From an uncultured Actinomycetota bacterium (lineage in GTDB: Bacteria; Actinomycetota; Acidimicrobiia; Acidimicrobiales; Bog-793), in assembly GCA_963747085.1 (NCBI GenBank), contig CAVVDX010000001.1, forward strand, positions 2,242,437-2,306,436: a stretch of 64,000 nt of DNA, written 5' to 3'. The stretch's first letter is position 1. Each line of letters begins with the position of its first letter. The position numbers and the translations under genes are program-made. This document shows, in pieces, positions 1 through 9,632 of the stretch. The notes under the pieces were generated by a model that was not told where the DNA came from, did not search any database, and saw only the letters and a list, made by a program, of their open reading frames with translations.

Positions 1-728
1 GTGACGAGGCGCAGCGCACCTTCGTCCAGTCGAACCTCCGGCTCGTCGTCTCCATCGCCAAGAAGTACCAGGCGTCGGGTCTTCCGTTGCTCGACCTGAT
101 CCAAGAGGGCAACCTCGGGCTGATGCACGCAGTGGAGAAGTTCGACTGGCGCAAAGGCTTCAAGTTCTCGACCTACGCGACGTGGTGGATCCGCCAAGCG
201 ATCACCCGCGGGATCGCCAACACGGGACGCACGATCCGCCTGCCCGTGCACGCCGGGGACACCTTCGCGCGGGTCCAGAAGGCGCAGGCTCGTCTCGAGC
301 TGAAGCTCGGTCGCCCCGCCACCCTCGCCGAGCTCGGTGCCGAGGTCGAGCTGCCCGAGGACAAGCTGATCGAGGCGCTGCGCTTCCGCGCCGAGCCGCT
401 CTCGCTGTCCGAGCCGCTTCGGGAGGACGGGGACGCCGAGCTCGGGGACGTCGTGGAAGATCGCTCAGCCGAGTCGCCCTTCGAGATGGCCGCGACCGCC
501 CTGCTCCCGATCGAGATCAACCGGCTGCTCGCGCCGCTCGACGAGCGCGAGCGCGAGATCCTGCGCTTGCGGTTCGGGCTCGACCGCGGCGAGCCGCGCA
601 CGCTCGAAGAGGTCGGTGAGTACTTCAACCTGACGCGCGAGCGGATCCGCCAGATCGAGGCACGGGCGATGTCGAAGCTGCGTCACCCGTCCAGCGACAC
701 GGGCGCCCGGGACCTCCTCACGGTCTGA
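1..728 (+). CDS. RNA polymerase sigma factor, RpoD/SigA-SigB group (5' end cut by window edge)
   Basis: Open in frame from nt 3. Region 2 motifs [19 protein letters not shown] and [15 protein letters not shown]; region 4.2 [30 protein letters not shown]; stop at 726-728. Confidence 0.9.
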   Translation, partial: DEAQRTFVQSNLRLVVSIAKKYQASGLPLLDLIQEGNLGLMHAVEKFDWRKGFKFSTYATWWIRQAITRGIANTGRTIRLPVHAGDTFARVQKAQARLELKLGRPATLAELGAEVELPEDKLIEALRFRAEPLSLSEPLREDGDAELGDVVEDRSAESPFEMAATALLPIEINRLLAPLDEREREILRLRFGLDRGEPRTLEEVGEYFNLTRERIRQIEARAMSKLRHPSSDTGARDLLTV

Positions 729-844
729 GGCTGCCGACGCTTCGCGCCGGGGGCCCGGCTGCCCGCCGCCGTTGCCTGGCTGCCGGCGCCGTGGCCGCTC
801 AGCCCGGCCGTGCTCAGCACCGGGTGGCGCCCCTTCCCGGCGGA

Positions 845-850
845 TAGCAT
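845..850 (+). promoter_or_regulatory. candidate -10 hexamer (TAGCAT) for a leaderless small ORF
   Basis: TANNNT-type hexamer ending 6 nt before the ATG at 857; no SD in between. Confidence 0.25.
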
Positions 851-856
851 CCCAGC

Positions 857-937
857 ATGCTGAAGAAGCTCCTGATCGTGGTCATCCTCGTCGCGCTCGG
901 TGCCGTGGCGGCGCGCCGCCTGCGACCGAGCAACTGA
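857..937 (+). CDS. small hydrophobic peptide, 26 aa (MLKKLLIVVILVALGAVAARRLRPSN), hypothetical
   Basis: ATG..TGA ORF below the track cutoff. One TM-like helix followed by RR. Nearly every third codon position is G/C, as in confirmed genes here. Confidence 0.35.
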   Translation: MLKKLLIVVILVALGAVAARRLRPSN

Positions 938-943
938 GCTCGC

Positions 944-1921
944 TCAGCTGACGAGGTCGGGGTCGAGCTCCGGCCTGCGGCGGCTGCCCAACCACCAACC
1001 GAGCGCCAACGCGGCGGCACCCGTCGCGAGCGCTCCGGCGCTGAAGACGACCGCCGGTCGCTCGGCGCTCTGCCGCACCCGGTCCCGGACGCGGTCCCGC
1101 AGCGTCACCGGGCGCACGAACTGGCGGGCGTCCCAGCCGCGTTCCCGGGCGAGGCGCTGCAGCACCCGGTCGGCGTTCACCACCACCGGGTGACCGACGG
1201 CTTCGAGCATCGGCAGGTCGGTGTAGGAGTCCGAGTAGGCAAAGGAGCGTTGCAGGTCGACCCCATGGGCCGCGGCGAGCGCTCGCATGGCGTCGGCCTT
1301 GTACGGACCATAGGCGTAGAACGACATCGCCCCCGTGTAGCGCCCGGCGTCGTCGATCTGGGCACGCGACGCGATCGTCATGTCGGCGCCGAGGTGACGG
1401 CCGAGCGGCGCGACGATCTCCTCGGGTGACGCTGAGACGATCACGACGAGATCACCTGCCGCACGGTGCTGCTCGATGAGGTCGAGTGCCTCGGCGTAGA
1501 TGATCGGCTCGACGACCTCCTCGAGCGCCTCCTCGACGATCGCCCGCACCTGTTGCTGGTCCCAGCCCGCGGTGAGTCGCAGGACCGACTCGCGCATGCG
1601 CCCGAGTCGCTGCTCGCTCGCCCCGAGGTGCAGGTAGACGAGCTGGCCGAAGAGCAGGCGGGCGATCGCACGCCGGTCGATCAGGCCACCGTCGTAGAGC
1701 GGGACGCGGAAGGCGGCCATCGCGGCGCGGGCGATCACGGTCTTGTCGAGGTCGAAGAAGGCGGCGGCCCGACCGGGCGCGGGCAGCTGGTCCGATGTCG
1801 ACGGCGCGCCGGGCCGCTCGGCGCGGCGCGAGACGGGGACCCACTCGGCGCCGGCCTCGAGGTCCCCGCCGGTTCCCCCCGTCGCGCCGTCATCCCCCTG
1901 CCCAGCGCTCGACGGCGTCAC
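944..1921 (-). CDS. HAD-IB family hydrolase (SerB-like phosphatase fold) with C-terminal TM segment
   Basis: C-terminal 326 codons of ORF 944..2251. HAD motif I FFDLDKTV, later SASPEEIV and YSDSYTDLPML. GTG at 1921 overlaps the upstream trkA stop as GTGA; the N-terminal extension in the track is Arg-rich shadow. Confidence 0.8.
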   Translation of the reverse strand: MTPSSAGQGDDGATGGTGGDLEAGAEWVPVSRRAERPGAPSTSDQLPAPGRAAAFFDLDKTVIARAAMAAFRVPLYDGGLIDRRAIARLLFGQLVYLHLGASEQRLGRMRESVLRLTAGWDQQQVRAIVEEALEEVVEPIIYAEALDLIEQHRAAGDLVVIVSASPEEIVAPLGRHLGADMTIASRAQIDDAGRYTGAMSFYAYGPYKADAMRALAAAHGVDLQRSFAYSDSYTDLPMLEAVGHPVVVNADRVLQRLARERGWDARQFVRPVTLRDRVRDRVRQSAERPAVVFSAGALATGAAALALGWWLGSRRRPELDPDLVS

Positions 1922-2580
1922 GGCTCGGCGACGAGCAGCCCCCGCACCTCGTCCTCGCTCCCGGCTGTGACGAGCAGCAGCACCTCGTCGCTCGCGTCGA
2001 GCGTGGTGTCCCCGTGCGGCACCACGACGCTCCCGTCGCGCACCACGGCCACCACGGTGGCGCCCCGCGGCAGGCCGAGCTCGGCGATGGTCACGCCGAC
2101 GGCCGGGGAACCATCGGCGAGGGTCACCTCGACCAGTCGGGTCTGGCCGCCGTCGAACTGCAGGAGGCGGACGAGTGATCCGACCGAGACCGCCTCCTCG
2201 ACGAGGGCCGACAGCAGGTGGGGTGTCGAGACCGCGACGTCGACGCCCCAACCCTCGTTGAAGAGCCAGTGGTTCTTCGGGTGGTTGACTCGGGCGATCA
2301 CCCGCGGCACGGCGAACTCCTGCTTGGCGAGCAGGGAGATGACGAGGTTGTCCTCGTCGTCTCCCGTTGCGGCGACGACCACGTCGGCGTGCTCGAGCCC
2401 GGCGCGGTGCAGGCTGTCGACCTCGCAGGCGTCTGCGGCGAGCAGCCGGACCGTGGAGCGGTCGGGCCGCTCCATCGTCTCGGGGCGCTTCTCGACGAGC
2501 AGCACATCGTGGCCACTGGCCGCCAGGTCGTCGGCGAGGAAGGCGCCGACCGCGCCGGCGCCGGCCACGACCACCCTCAC
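1918..2580 (-). CDS. trkA: Trk-type K+ uptake NAD-binding (RCK) protein TrkA
   Basis: VRVVVAGAGAVGAFLADDLAASGHDVLLVE Rossmann motif plus a TrkA-C-like C-terminus. GTG at 2580 overlaps the stop of the upstream trkA (GTGA). Confidence 0.85.
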   Translation of the reverse strand: MRVVVAGAGAVGAFLADDLAASGHDVLLVEKRPETMERPDRSTVRLLAADACEVDSLHRAGLEHADVVVAATGDDEDNLVISLLAKQEFAVPRVIARVNHPKNHWLFNEGWGVDVAVSTPHLLSALVEEAVSVGSLVRLLQFDGGQTRLVEVTLADGSPAVGVTIAELGLPRGATVVAVVRDGSVVVPHGDTTLDASDEVLLLVTAGSEDEVRGLLVAEP

Positions 2581-3278
2581 GCCGTGTTCCTCGCCTCGCC
2601 GCGCGACCCGTGGTCGCCCCGCGTGCCGTGGTCGTTGCCGAGCAGCTCGTCGAGGCGCGTGCGGGCGGCGAAGGTGACGGCGGCCCACAGCAGATCGCCC
2701 TCCTGCCCGACCAGGTCGGGGGTGGCGAGCATCGCCTTGCCGCCGCGGCTCACCGCCACGATCCGCGCGCCGGTCTCGGCTTCGAGGGTCGCGAACCGCG
2801 TGCCGCAACGCGCCGAGGGCAGCGCCCGCTCGACGAGCTGCACGATGCCGCTCGGGTCGGTCCACTCGGCGGCCGTGCGCTCGGGAAAGAGCTTGCGCAG
2901 CACCTGCTGCTCGGTCCAGGTGACGGTGGCGACCGTCGGGATGCCGAGACGCTGGTAGATCTCGGCCCGGCGCGGGTCGTAGATACGGGCGACGACGGCG
3001 GGGATCTCGTAGGTCTCCCGAGCGATGCGCGCCGTGAGGATGTTCGAGTTGTCGCCGTTGGTCACCGCCGCCAGCGCTCCCGCGTTCGGCGCCCCGGCGC
3101 GCTCGAGCACGTCGCGGTCGAAACCGGCGCCGATCACGTTGTCGCCTCCCCATCCGTCGGGGAGTCGCTTGAAGGCGGCCGGGTTCTTGTCGATCACGGA
3201 CACGGTGTGCCCGTCGCGGACGAGCTCGATGGCGAGCCCTGACCCGACGCGACCGCACCCGACGACGATGACGTGCAC
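2577..3278 (-). CDS. trkA: Trk-type K+ uptake NAD-binding (RCK) protein TrkA, second paralogue
   Basis: VHVIVVGCGRVGSGLAIELVRDGHTVSVIDK motif. Start placed at GTG 3278, just before the Rossmann fold. Confidence 0.85.
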   Translation of the reverse strand: MHVIVVGCGRVGSGLAIELVRDGHTVSVIDKNPAAFKRLPDGWGGDNVIGAGFDRDVLERAGAPNAGALAAVTNGDNSNILTARIARETYEIPAVVARIYDPRRAEIYQRLGIPTVATVTWTEQQVLRKLFPERTAAEWTDPSGIVQLVERALPSARCGTRFATLEAETGARIVAVSRGGKAMLATPDLVGQEGDLLWAAVTFAARTRLDELLGNDHGTRGDHGSRGEARNTA

Positions 3279-3362
3279 GTCCCTATCGAACACGGCCGGG
3301 CGCCGCAGCACAACCCACCCGATTCGCTGACGGACCTCCACCCGGCGGGCAAACTACGGCGC

Positions 3363-5345
3363 GTGAGCCTGACCAGCCAGCGCAGCTCCGACGCGCCGCG
3401 CTCGCTGCCATCTCGCGTCGACCTGCCCGAGTCCTTCTCCTACCGGCTGAAGAAGGCGCTGCTCGGACCCCCGCTCGTCACCGAACGACTCTCTCAGGAG
3501 CGCCTCTCCAAACCGGTCGCGCTCGGCGTGCTCGCCCCGGACATGATCTCCTCCACCGCCTACGGCTCCGAGGAGATCCTCACCGAGCTCATCCCGGCGG
3601 TCGGCGTCGTCGCCTTCAGCCTCCTCCTGCCGATCACCTTCGCGGTGCTCGCCGTGCTCGTCTTCGTCACGCTGTCCTACCGCGAGGTCGTCACCGTCTA
3701 CACCAAGGCGGGGGGCGCCTACGTCGTGGCGCGGGAGAACTTCGGGCCGCGCATCGCCCAGGTCGGCGCCGTGGCGCTGATCATCGACTACATCGTCACG
3801 GTCGCGGTGCAGACGTCGGCGGGCACCGACGCGCGTCACCTCGGCCTTCCCCGTGCTGGCCGGCAGCGGCACGTTGGGACGGGTCGGGATCACCCTCGGT
3901 GTGATCCTCTTCCTCACCTACGGAAACCTGCGCGGCATCCGGGAGGCCGGCAAGATCTTCGCCCTGCCGATGTACCTGTTCATCCTCTCGGTAGGGCGCG
4001 TGGTGATCGTCGGGGTCGTCGAGTCCATCTCGGGCACGTTGCACCGCCACCCCATCGACCTGCCCGGCGCGGTGCACGGGCCGACCCCCTGGCACCCGAG
4101 CGGACTGTTGATGGGCGCCAGTCTCTTCGTCGTGCTGCGCGCCTTCGCCAACGGCGGTTCCTCGCTCACCGGGCTCGAGGCGATCTCCAACGGCGTCGCC
4201 ACCTTCCGGCCGCCCGAGGGGATCAACGCCCGGCGGGTGCTCGTGATCATGTCGAGCATCCTCGGCTCGCTCGTGCTCGGGGTCTCCTTCCTCGCCTGGA
4301 AGACCCACGCCGTGCCCTACCTCTTCGGCAGCCCGACGGTGCTCTCCCAGGAGGTCGACCTACGTCTTCGGCCAGGGCGTCGCCGGGCGGATCGGCTTCT
4401 ACGCCGTGCAGTTCTCGACGATGCTGATCCTCTGGACCGGCGCCAACACGAGCTTCAACGGCTTCCCGAACCTCGCCAGCTTCATCGCCAGCGACGCCTT
4501 CCTCCCGCCGCTCACTGTTGCGCCGCGGCCATCGCCTCGTCTTCTCGAACGGGATCATCCTGCTCACCGTCACCTCGGCGGTGCTCGTCATCGCCACCAA
4601 GGCGGTGCTCAACTCGCTCGTCGCCGTGTACGCCATCGGCGTGTTCACCGGCTTCACGCTCGCCGGAGCGGGCATGGTGCGCTACCACCTGCGTCATCGA
4701 GAACGCGGCTGGTCACGGCGCCTGGTGATCAACGGCTTCGCCTCGGTGCTCTCGGCGATCGTCGTCGTGATCTTCGCCGTCACGAAGTTCACCCAGGGCG
4801 CCTGGGTCGTCGTGGTGGCCGGGCCGCTCCTCGTCCTCCGTGCTCATCCGGCTGCACCACCTCTACACCGTCGAGCAGGTCGAGCTGGAGCGCAACGCGC
4901 AGAAGGCCGCCGAGGCGCCGGTGCTGCGCCACCACGTCGTGTTCGTGCTCGTCGAGCGCCTCGACCTCGCCTCGGCTCGCGCCCTGCAGTACGCCCGCTC
5001 GGTGAGCCCGCGAGCTGCGGGCGGTGCACTTCGTGCTCGACACCACGGCCGCCCACGAGCTGCAGGCGCAATGGACCCGCCTCGGTCTCTCCGAGGTCAC
5101 CCTCGAGCTCGTCGAGTGCCCTGACCGCCGGCTCGGACGCGCCACCCTCGAGCTCGTCGCCGACGCGGCGAGCGACGGCGAGACCGAGGTGAGCGTCTTC
5201 CTGCCGCGAGCCGTCGTCCAGGGCCCGTTCCGCCGCTACCTGCACGGCCGCACCAGCGAGCGCATCGCTGCCCTGATCAGCCAGGTGCCCAACGCCACGG
5301 CGACGATCGTCCCCTTCGTCCTCGGCCGTTCCCGCAACCGCGTGC
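3363..5345 (+). pseudogene. APC-superfamily permease with cytoplasmic C-terminal domain (actinobacterial trkA-neighbour type), frameshifted as assembled
   Basis: One protein reads through track ORFs 3273-, 3853-, 4406-, 4518-, 4840- and 5024- in frames 0,1,2,0,1,2. Multi-TM; contains DMISSTAYGSEEIL, NTSFNGFPNLASFIASDAFLP and RLVFSNGIILL. Breaks near 3833, 4358, 4505, 4838 and 5011. The 3' end is not resolved. Confidence 0.7.
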
Positions 5346-5346
5346 C

Positions 5347-5826
5347 ATGGCGGGACTCGGCCGACAAGGCCTCGATCGGCCTGCTGCCCGCCTCCCCCCG
5401 GCCGAAGCGGCGAAGGGCGTGGCCGCCGATGCCGGCGCCGCTGGCCGCGCCGATGCCCTCGCTGGCCCCGGCGTCGGTGGCCAGGCTCCGGCAGCGGTTG
5501 GACGGGGCGGCGACGGGGCCTCCCCGCCGCCCGGCACGACGCCGATCGCCGCGCTGCGGCCCCGCCAGCGGGCGCGCGTCGCCGGCCGTGTCCGGTCCGT
5601 GCGCGTCCAGCCGCGGGCGGGGATCTCCAGCCTCGAGTGCACGCTGGTCGACGACACGGGCCAGCTGCTGCTCGTCTTCCAGGGTCGCCGCCTTGTCCCG
5701 GGCATCGAGCCGGGTGCTCGCCTGCTCGCCGAGGGCATGGTCGGCGAGCGTGCCCGGCGTCCGGCGATGATCAATCCGAGCTACACGATCCTCGCCAGCC
5801 CCGAGCAGGACGGCCCGAACGGCTGA
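5347..5826 (+). CDS. OB-fold nucleic-acid-binding domain protein
   Basis: C-terminal half RARVAGRVRSVRVQP...LECTLVDDTGQLLLVFQGRRLVPGIEPGARLLAEGMVG...INPSYTIL matches the small OB-fold protein conserved beside trkA and the permease in Actinobacteria. Start uncertain. Confidence 0.65.
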   Translation: MAGLGRQGLDRPAARLPPAEAAKGVAADAGAAGRADALAGPGVGGQAPAAVGRGGDGASPPPGTTPIAALRPRQRARVAGRVRSVRVQPRAGISSLECTLVDDTGQLLLVFQGRRLVPGIEPGARLLAEGMVGERARRPAMINPSYTILASPEQDGPNG

Positions 5827-5934
5827 CCGAGCGCCGCCTCGGGTGCCGCACTCTGGCATCACCGCCACCGCCCGTGACGGCGACCCCCGGTGCGCTCGGT
5901 ATCCTGCGTCCGCCCCCGAGAAGACTCGAGGAAG

Positions 5935-8879
5935 ATGCCCAAGCCCCTCGTCATCGTCGAGTCACCCGCCAAGGCCAAGACGATCGCCCGATTCCTGGGC
6001 GACGACTACCTGGTCGAGTCGTCGATCGGACACGTCCGCGACCTGCCGCGCTCGGCCAAGGAGATCCCCGCCGCCTACAAGGGGGAGTCGTGGGCCAACC
6101 TCGGCGTGGACGTCGACAACGACTTCAAGCCGCTGTACGTCATCGCCAGCGAGAAGAAGGAGCAGGTCCGCAAGCTCCGTGCCCTCGTCGCCGGACGCGA
6201 GCGAGCTCTACCTCGCCACCGACGAGGACCGCGAGGGCGAGTCGATCGCCTGGCACCTGCTCGAGGTGCTCAACCCGCGCGTGCCGGTGCGCAGGATGGT
6301 CTTCCACGAGATCACCCGGCCGGCGATCGAGCAGGCGATCGCCAACCCGCGCGACCTGGACCGGCGCCTGGTCGACGCCCAGGAGGCGCGCCGCATCCTC
6401 GACCGCCTGTACGGCTACGAGCTCTCGCCGGTGCTGTGGAAGAAGGTCAGCAACGGCCTGTCCGCCGGCCGGGTGCAATCCGTGGCGACGCGCATCGTCG
6501 TCGAGCGCGAGCGGGAGCGGATGGCGTTCCGCTCGGCAAGCTGGTGGAGCCTGACCGGCCGGTTCTCGACCGAGCGCGACGAGCAGCTCGCCGCTGAGCT
6601 GGCGACCGTCGGCGGCAAGCCTGTCGCCGACGGTGGCTCGTTCACCTCGAGTGGGCAGCTCTCCGACCCGTCCGGTGTCGTCCTGCTCGACGAGGTCGGT
6701 GCAGGTGACCTCGCCGCGGCGCTGCGGGCGGCCTCCTTCGCCGTCGACTCCGTCGAGGAGCGGCCGTACCGCCGCTCGCCGGCCGCCCCCTTCATCACCT
6801 CCACCCTGCAGCAGGAGGCGGGGCGCAAGCTGCGCTTCTCGGCTCAGCGCACGATGCAGGTCGCCCAGCGCCTCTACGAGCAGGGCTACATCACCTACAT
6901 GCGCACCGACTCGACGACCCTCTCCGCCCAGGCGCTCGCCGCAGCGCGCGAGCAGGCGGTCGCCCTCTACGGCCCGGACTCGGTGCCGGCGCGGCCGCGC
7001 ACCTACGACAAGCGCGTGAAGAACGCGCAGGAGGCCCACGAGGCGATCCGCCCCGCGGGCGAGCACTTCCGCACGCCGAACCAGCTCGCCGGCGAGCTGC
7101 GTGGCGACGAGGCGCGCCTCTACGAGCTCGTCTGGCAGCGCACCCTCGCCTCGCAGATGAACGACGCCACCGGTGTGACCGCCCGCGTGCGGATCGCCGC
7201 CGCGACCACCCAGGACAGCGGCGCCGGCCCTGCGGGCACGCCGGTCGCCTTCGCCGCCTCGGGCACGGTGATCACCTCGCCGGGCTTCCTTCGTGTGTAC
7301 CGGGAGGACGACGACCGGGAGGACGAGGAGCGCAACGACGCCGAGGTGCGCCTCCCGCCGCTCTCCCCCGGCGAGCTGCTCGCGCTGCTCGGGCTGCAGG
7401 CTGACCGCGCACGCGACCAAGCCGCCGGCCCGCTTCACCGAGGCGAGCCTGGTCAAGCGGCTCGAGGAGCTCGGCGTCGGGCGGCCCTCGACGTACGCGT
7501 CGATCCTGCAGACGATCCAAGACCGTGGCTACGTCTGGAAGCGCGGCAGCGCCCTCGTGCCGACCTGGACCGCCTTTGCGGTCGTCAACCTGCTCGAGCT
7601 CCACTTCCCCTCGCTCGTCGACTACGGCTTCACCGCGAGCATGGAGGACGACCTCGACGAGATCGCCTCGGGCGGCGCGCAGGCGGTGCCCTGGCTCGAG
7701 AGCTTCTACTTCGGGGCGTCGCGCAACGGCGCGACCACCCAGGGCCTGAAGACCGCCGTGGCCGAGCACCTCGGCAGCATCGACGCCCGGGAGATCAACT
7801 CGATCCCGATCGGGGCCGACGACGACGGCGAGGTGATCGTCGTGCGCGTCGGGCGCTACGGCCCGTACCTGCAGCGCGGGGAAGCGAGCGTCGGGGTGCC
7901 CGAGGACGTCGCGCCCGACGAGCTCACCGTCGAGCGCGCCCTCGAGCTCTTGAGCGCGCCTTCCGGGGATCGCCACCTCGGTGACCATCCCGAGACCGGG
8001 CTGGCGGTGCTCGCCCGTGCCGGCCGCTACGGCCCCTACGTCCAGCACGGCGAGGCAGGCGTCGGGGCCAGCAAGCCGCAGACCTCCTCGCTGTTCAAGT
8101 CGATGACCCTCGACACCCTCACCCTCGATCAGGCGCTCGCCCTGCTCTCGTTGCCGCGCACGGTCGGGGTCGACCCCGCCACGGGCGAGGAGATCGTCGC
8201 CCGCAATGGCCGCTACGGGCCCTACCTGCAGCGCGGCAACGACTCGCGCAGCTTGGAGAGCGAGGAGCAGCTGCTCGAGATCACCCTCGAGGAAGCGCTG
8301 GCCCAGCTCGCCAAGCCGAAGGAGCGGCGCTTCGGCCGCGCCGGCTCGGCCGCGCCACTGCGCGAGATCGGGGCCGACCCCGAGAGCGGCGCGCCGATCG
8401 TGTTGCGCAGCGGGCGATTCGGGCCGTATGTGACGGATGGGACGACCAACGCCTCGTTGCGCCGGGGCGACGACCCCGAGACGGTCACGCTCGAGCGCGC
8501 CGCCGAGCTGCTCGCCGAGAGGCGAGCGGCGGCCCCGGCAACCGGTCGCAGCGGACGCTCCGGCCGCGCAGCGGCGAAGTCCGGGGGCGCTCGGGCCAAG
8601 GCTGCCGGGGCGAAGAAGACCGCTTCGCCGCGCAAGGCCGCCGGCAAGGGGGCCGCCGCCGGAACCACGGCCAAGCGGGCCGGCGCGGCGAAGAAGGCCG
8701 CTTCGCCCAGCCGGTCCGGGGCGGCGAAGAAGTCGGCTTCGCCCAGCCGGTCCGGGGCGGCGAAGAAGTCAGCTTCGACGGCGGCGGCCGGCAGCTCGAC
8801 GCGCGCCGCTGCCACCACGCGATCCCGTGCGGTCAAGAAGGCGGGCACGGTCACGGGCGACGAGGCGCCGCCGGCGTGA
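5935..8879 (+). pseudogene. topA: DNA topoisomerase I, frameshifted as assembled
   Basis: ATG at 5935: MPKPLVIVESPAKAKTIARFLG (Toprim), ELYLATDEDREGESIAWH, YITYMRTDS, RFTEASLVKRLEELGVGRPSTYA. Three fragments in frames 1,2,0 with breaks near 6193 and 7400. Lys/Ala/Ser-rich basic tail. Confidence 0.9.
8685..8777. repeat. 36-bp in-frame tandem repeat (about 2.6 copies) in the topA tail
   Basis: GCGGCGAAGAAG(G/T)C(C/G)GCTTCGCCCAGCCGGTCCGGG at 8685-8720 and 8721-8756, partial third copy. Encodes AAKK(A/S)ASPSRSG. Confidence 0.85.
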
Positions 8880-9514
8880 GCAGCCTTCCCGGGCGCGGCC
8901 GGTTCATCGTGCTCGAGGGCGGGGATGCAAGCGGGAAGTCCACCCAAGCGGCCCGCCTCGCCCGCCGCATCGGTGCCGTGCTCACCCGCGAGCCCGGCGG
9001 CACGATGCTCGGAGAAGAGGTGCGCGCCCTGTTGCTCGAGCCGACCCCCGAGCCGGTCGACAGCCGCGCCGAGCTGCTGCTGATGGTGGCGGCACGCGCC
9101 CAGCACGTCGCGCTGCGCATCGAGCCGGCGCTCGCCGAGGGCCGGACGGTGGTCTGCGACCGATTCACCGGCTCGACGATCGCGTACCAGGGCTACGGCC
9201 GTGGACTGCCGCTTGCGGACGTGCGCGCCGCGTGCGTCCTCGGAACGGGCGGCCTCGACCCGGATCTCACCCTGCTGCTCGACGTGAGCGAGGAGGTCGC
9301 GCGACAGCGCCGCCGAGGCGAGCCCGACCGGATCGAGGCACTCGACGCAGCGTTCCATCAGCGGGTGCGTGCCGGATTCTTCGAGCTCGCCGCCGCGGAC
9401 CCGTCGCGCTGGGTCGTGATCGACGGGAGCGGGAGCCCTGACAAGGTCGAGCAGCTCGTCGCCGAGGCGGTGGAGGCACGCCTCGGCGGGCTCGAGAGCT
9501 CGGCGCGATCGTGA
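8876..9514 (+). CDS. tmk: thymidylate kinase
   Basis: P-loop FIVLEGGDASGKSTQ, then TREPGGT and DRF..S..AYQG. GTG start overlaps the topA stop (GTGA). Confidence 0.9.
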   Translation: MSSLPGRGRFIVLEGGDASGKSTQAARLARRIGAVLTREPGGTMLGEEVRALLLEPTPEPVDSRAELLLMVAARAQHVALRIEPALAEGRTVVCDRFTGSTIAYQGYGRGLPLADVRAACVLGTGGLDPDLTLLLDVSEEVARQRRRGEPDRIEALDAAFHQRVRAGFFELAAADPSRWVVIDGSGSPDKVEQLVAEAVEARLGGLESSARS

Positions 9515-9558
9515 GCGCGACGTCCGGCGCGGCCGCCGCCACGGCGCCGGCGCCCTCT

Positions 9559-9632
9559 GTGCCCGTGCCCTCGTGCCCGTGCCCTCTGTGCCCGTGCCCT
9601 CCGTGCCGGCGGCCTCCGTGCCGGCGGTGCTG
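9559..9632. repeat. five tandem 14/15-bp units at the holB 5' end
   Basis: GTGCCCGTGCCCTC(N) x3 then GTGCCGGCGG(CC/TG)... x2. The first unit is 14 nt; the others are 15 nt (VPVPS / VPAAS). Confidence 0.85.
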
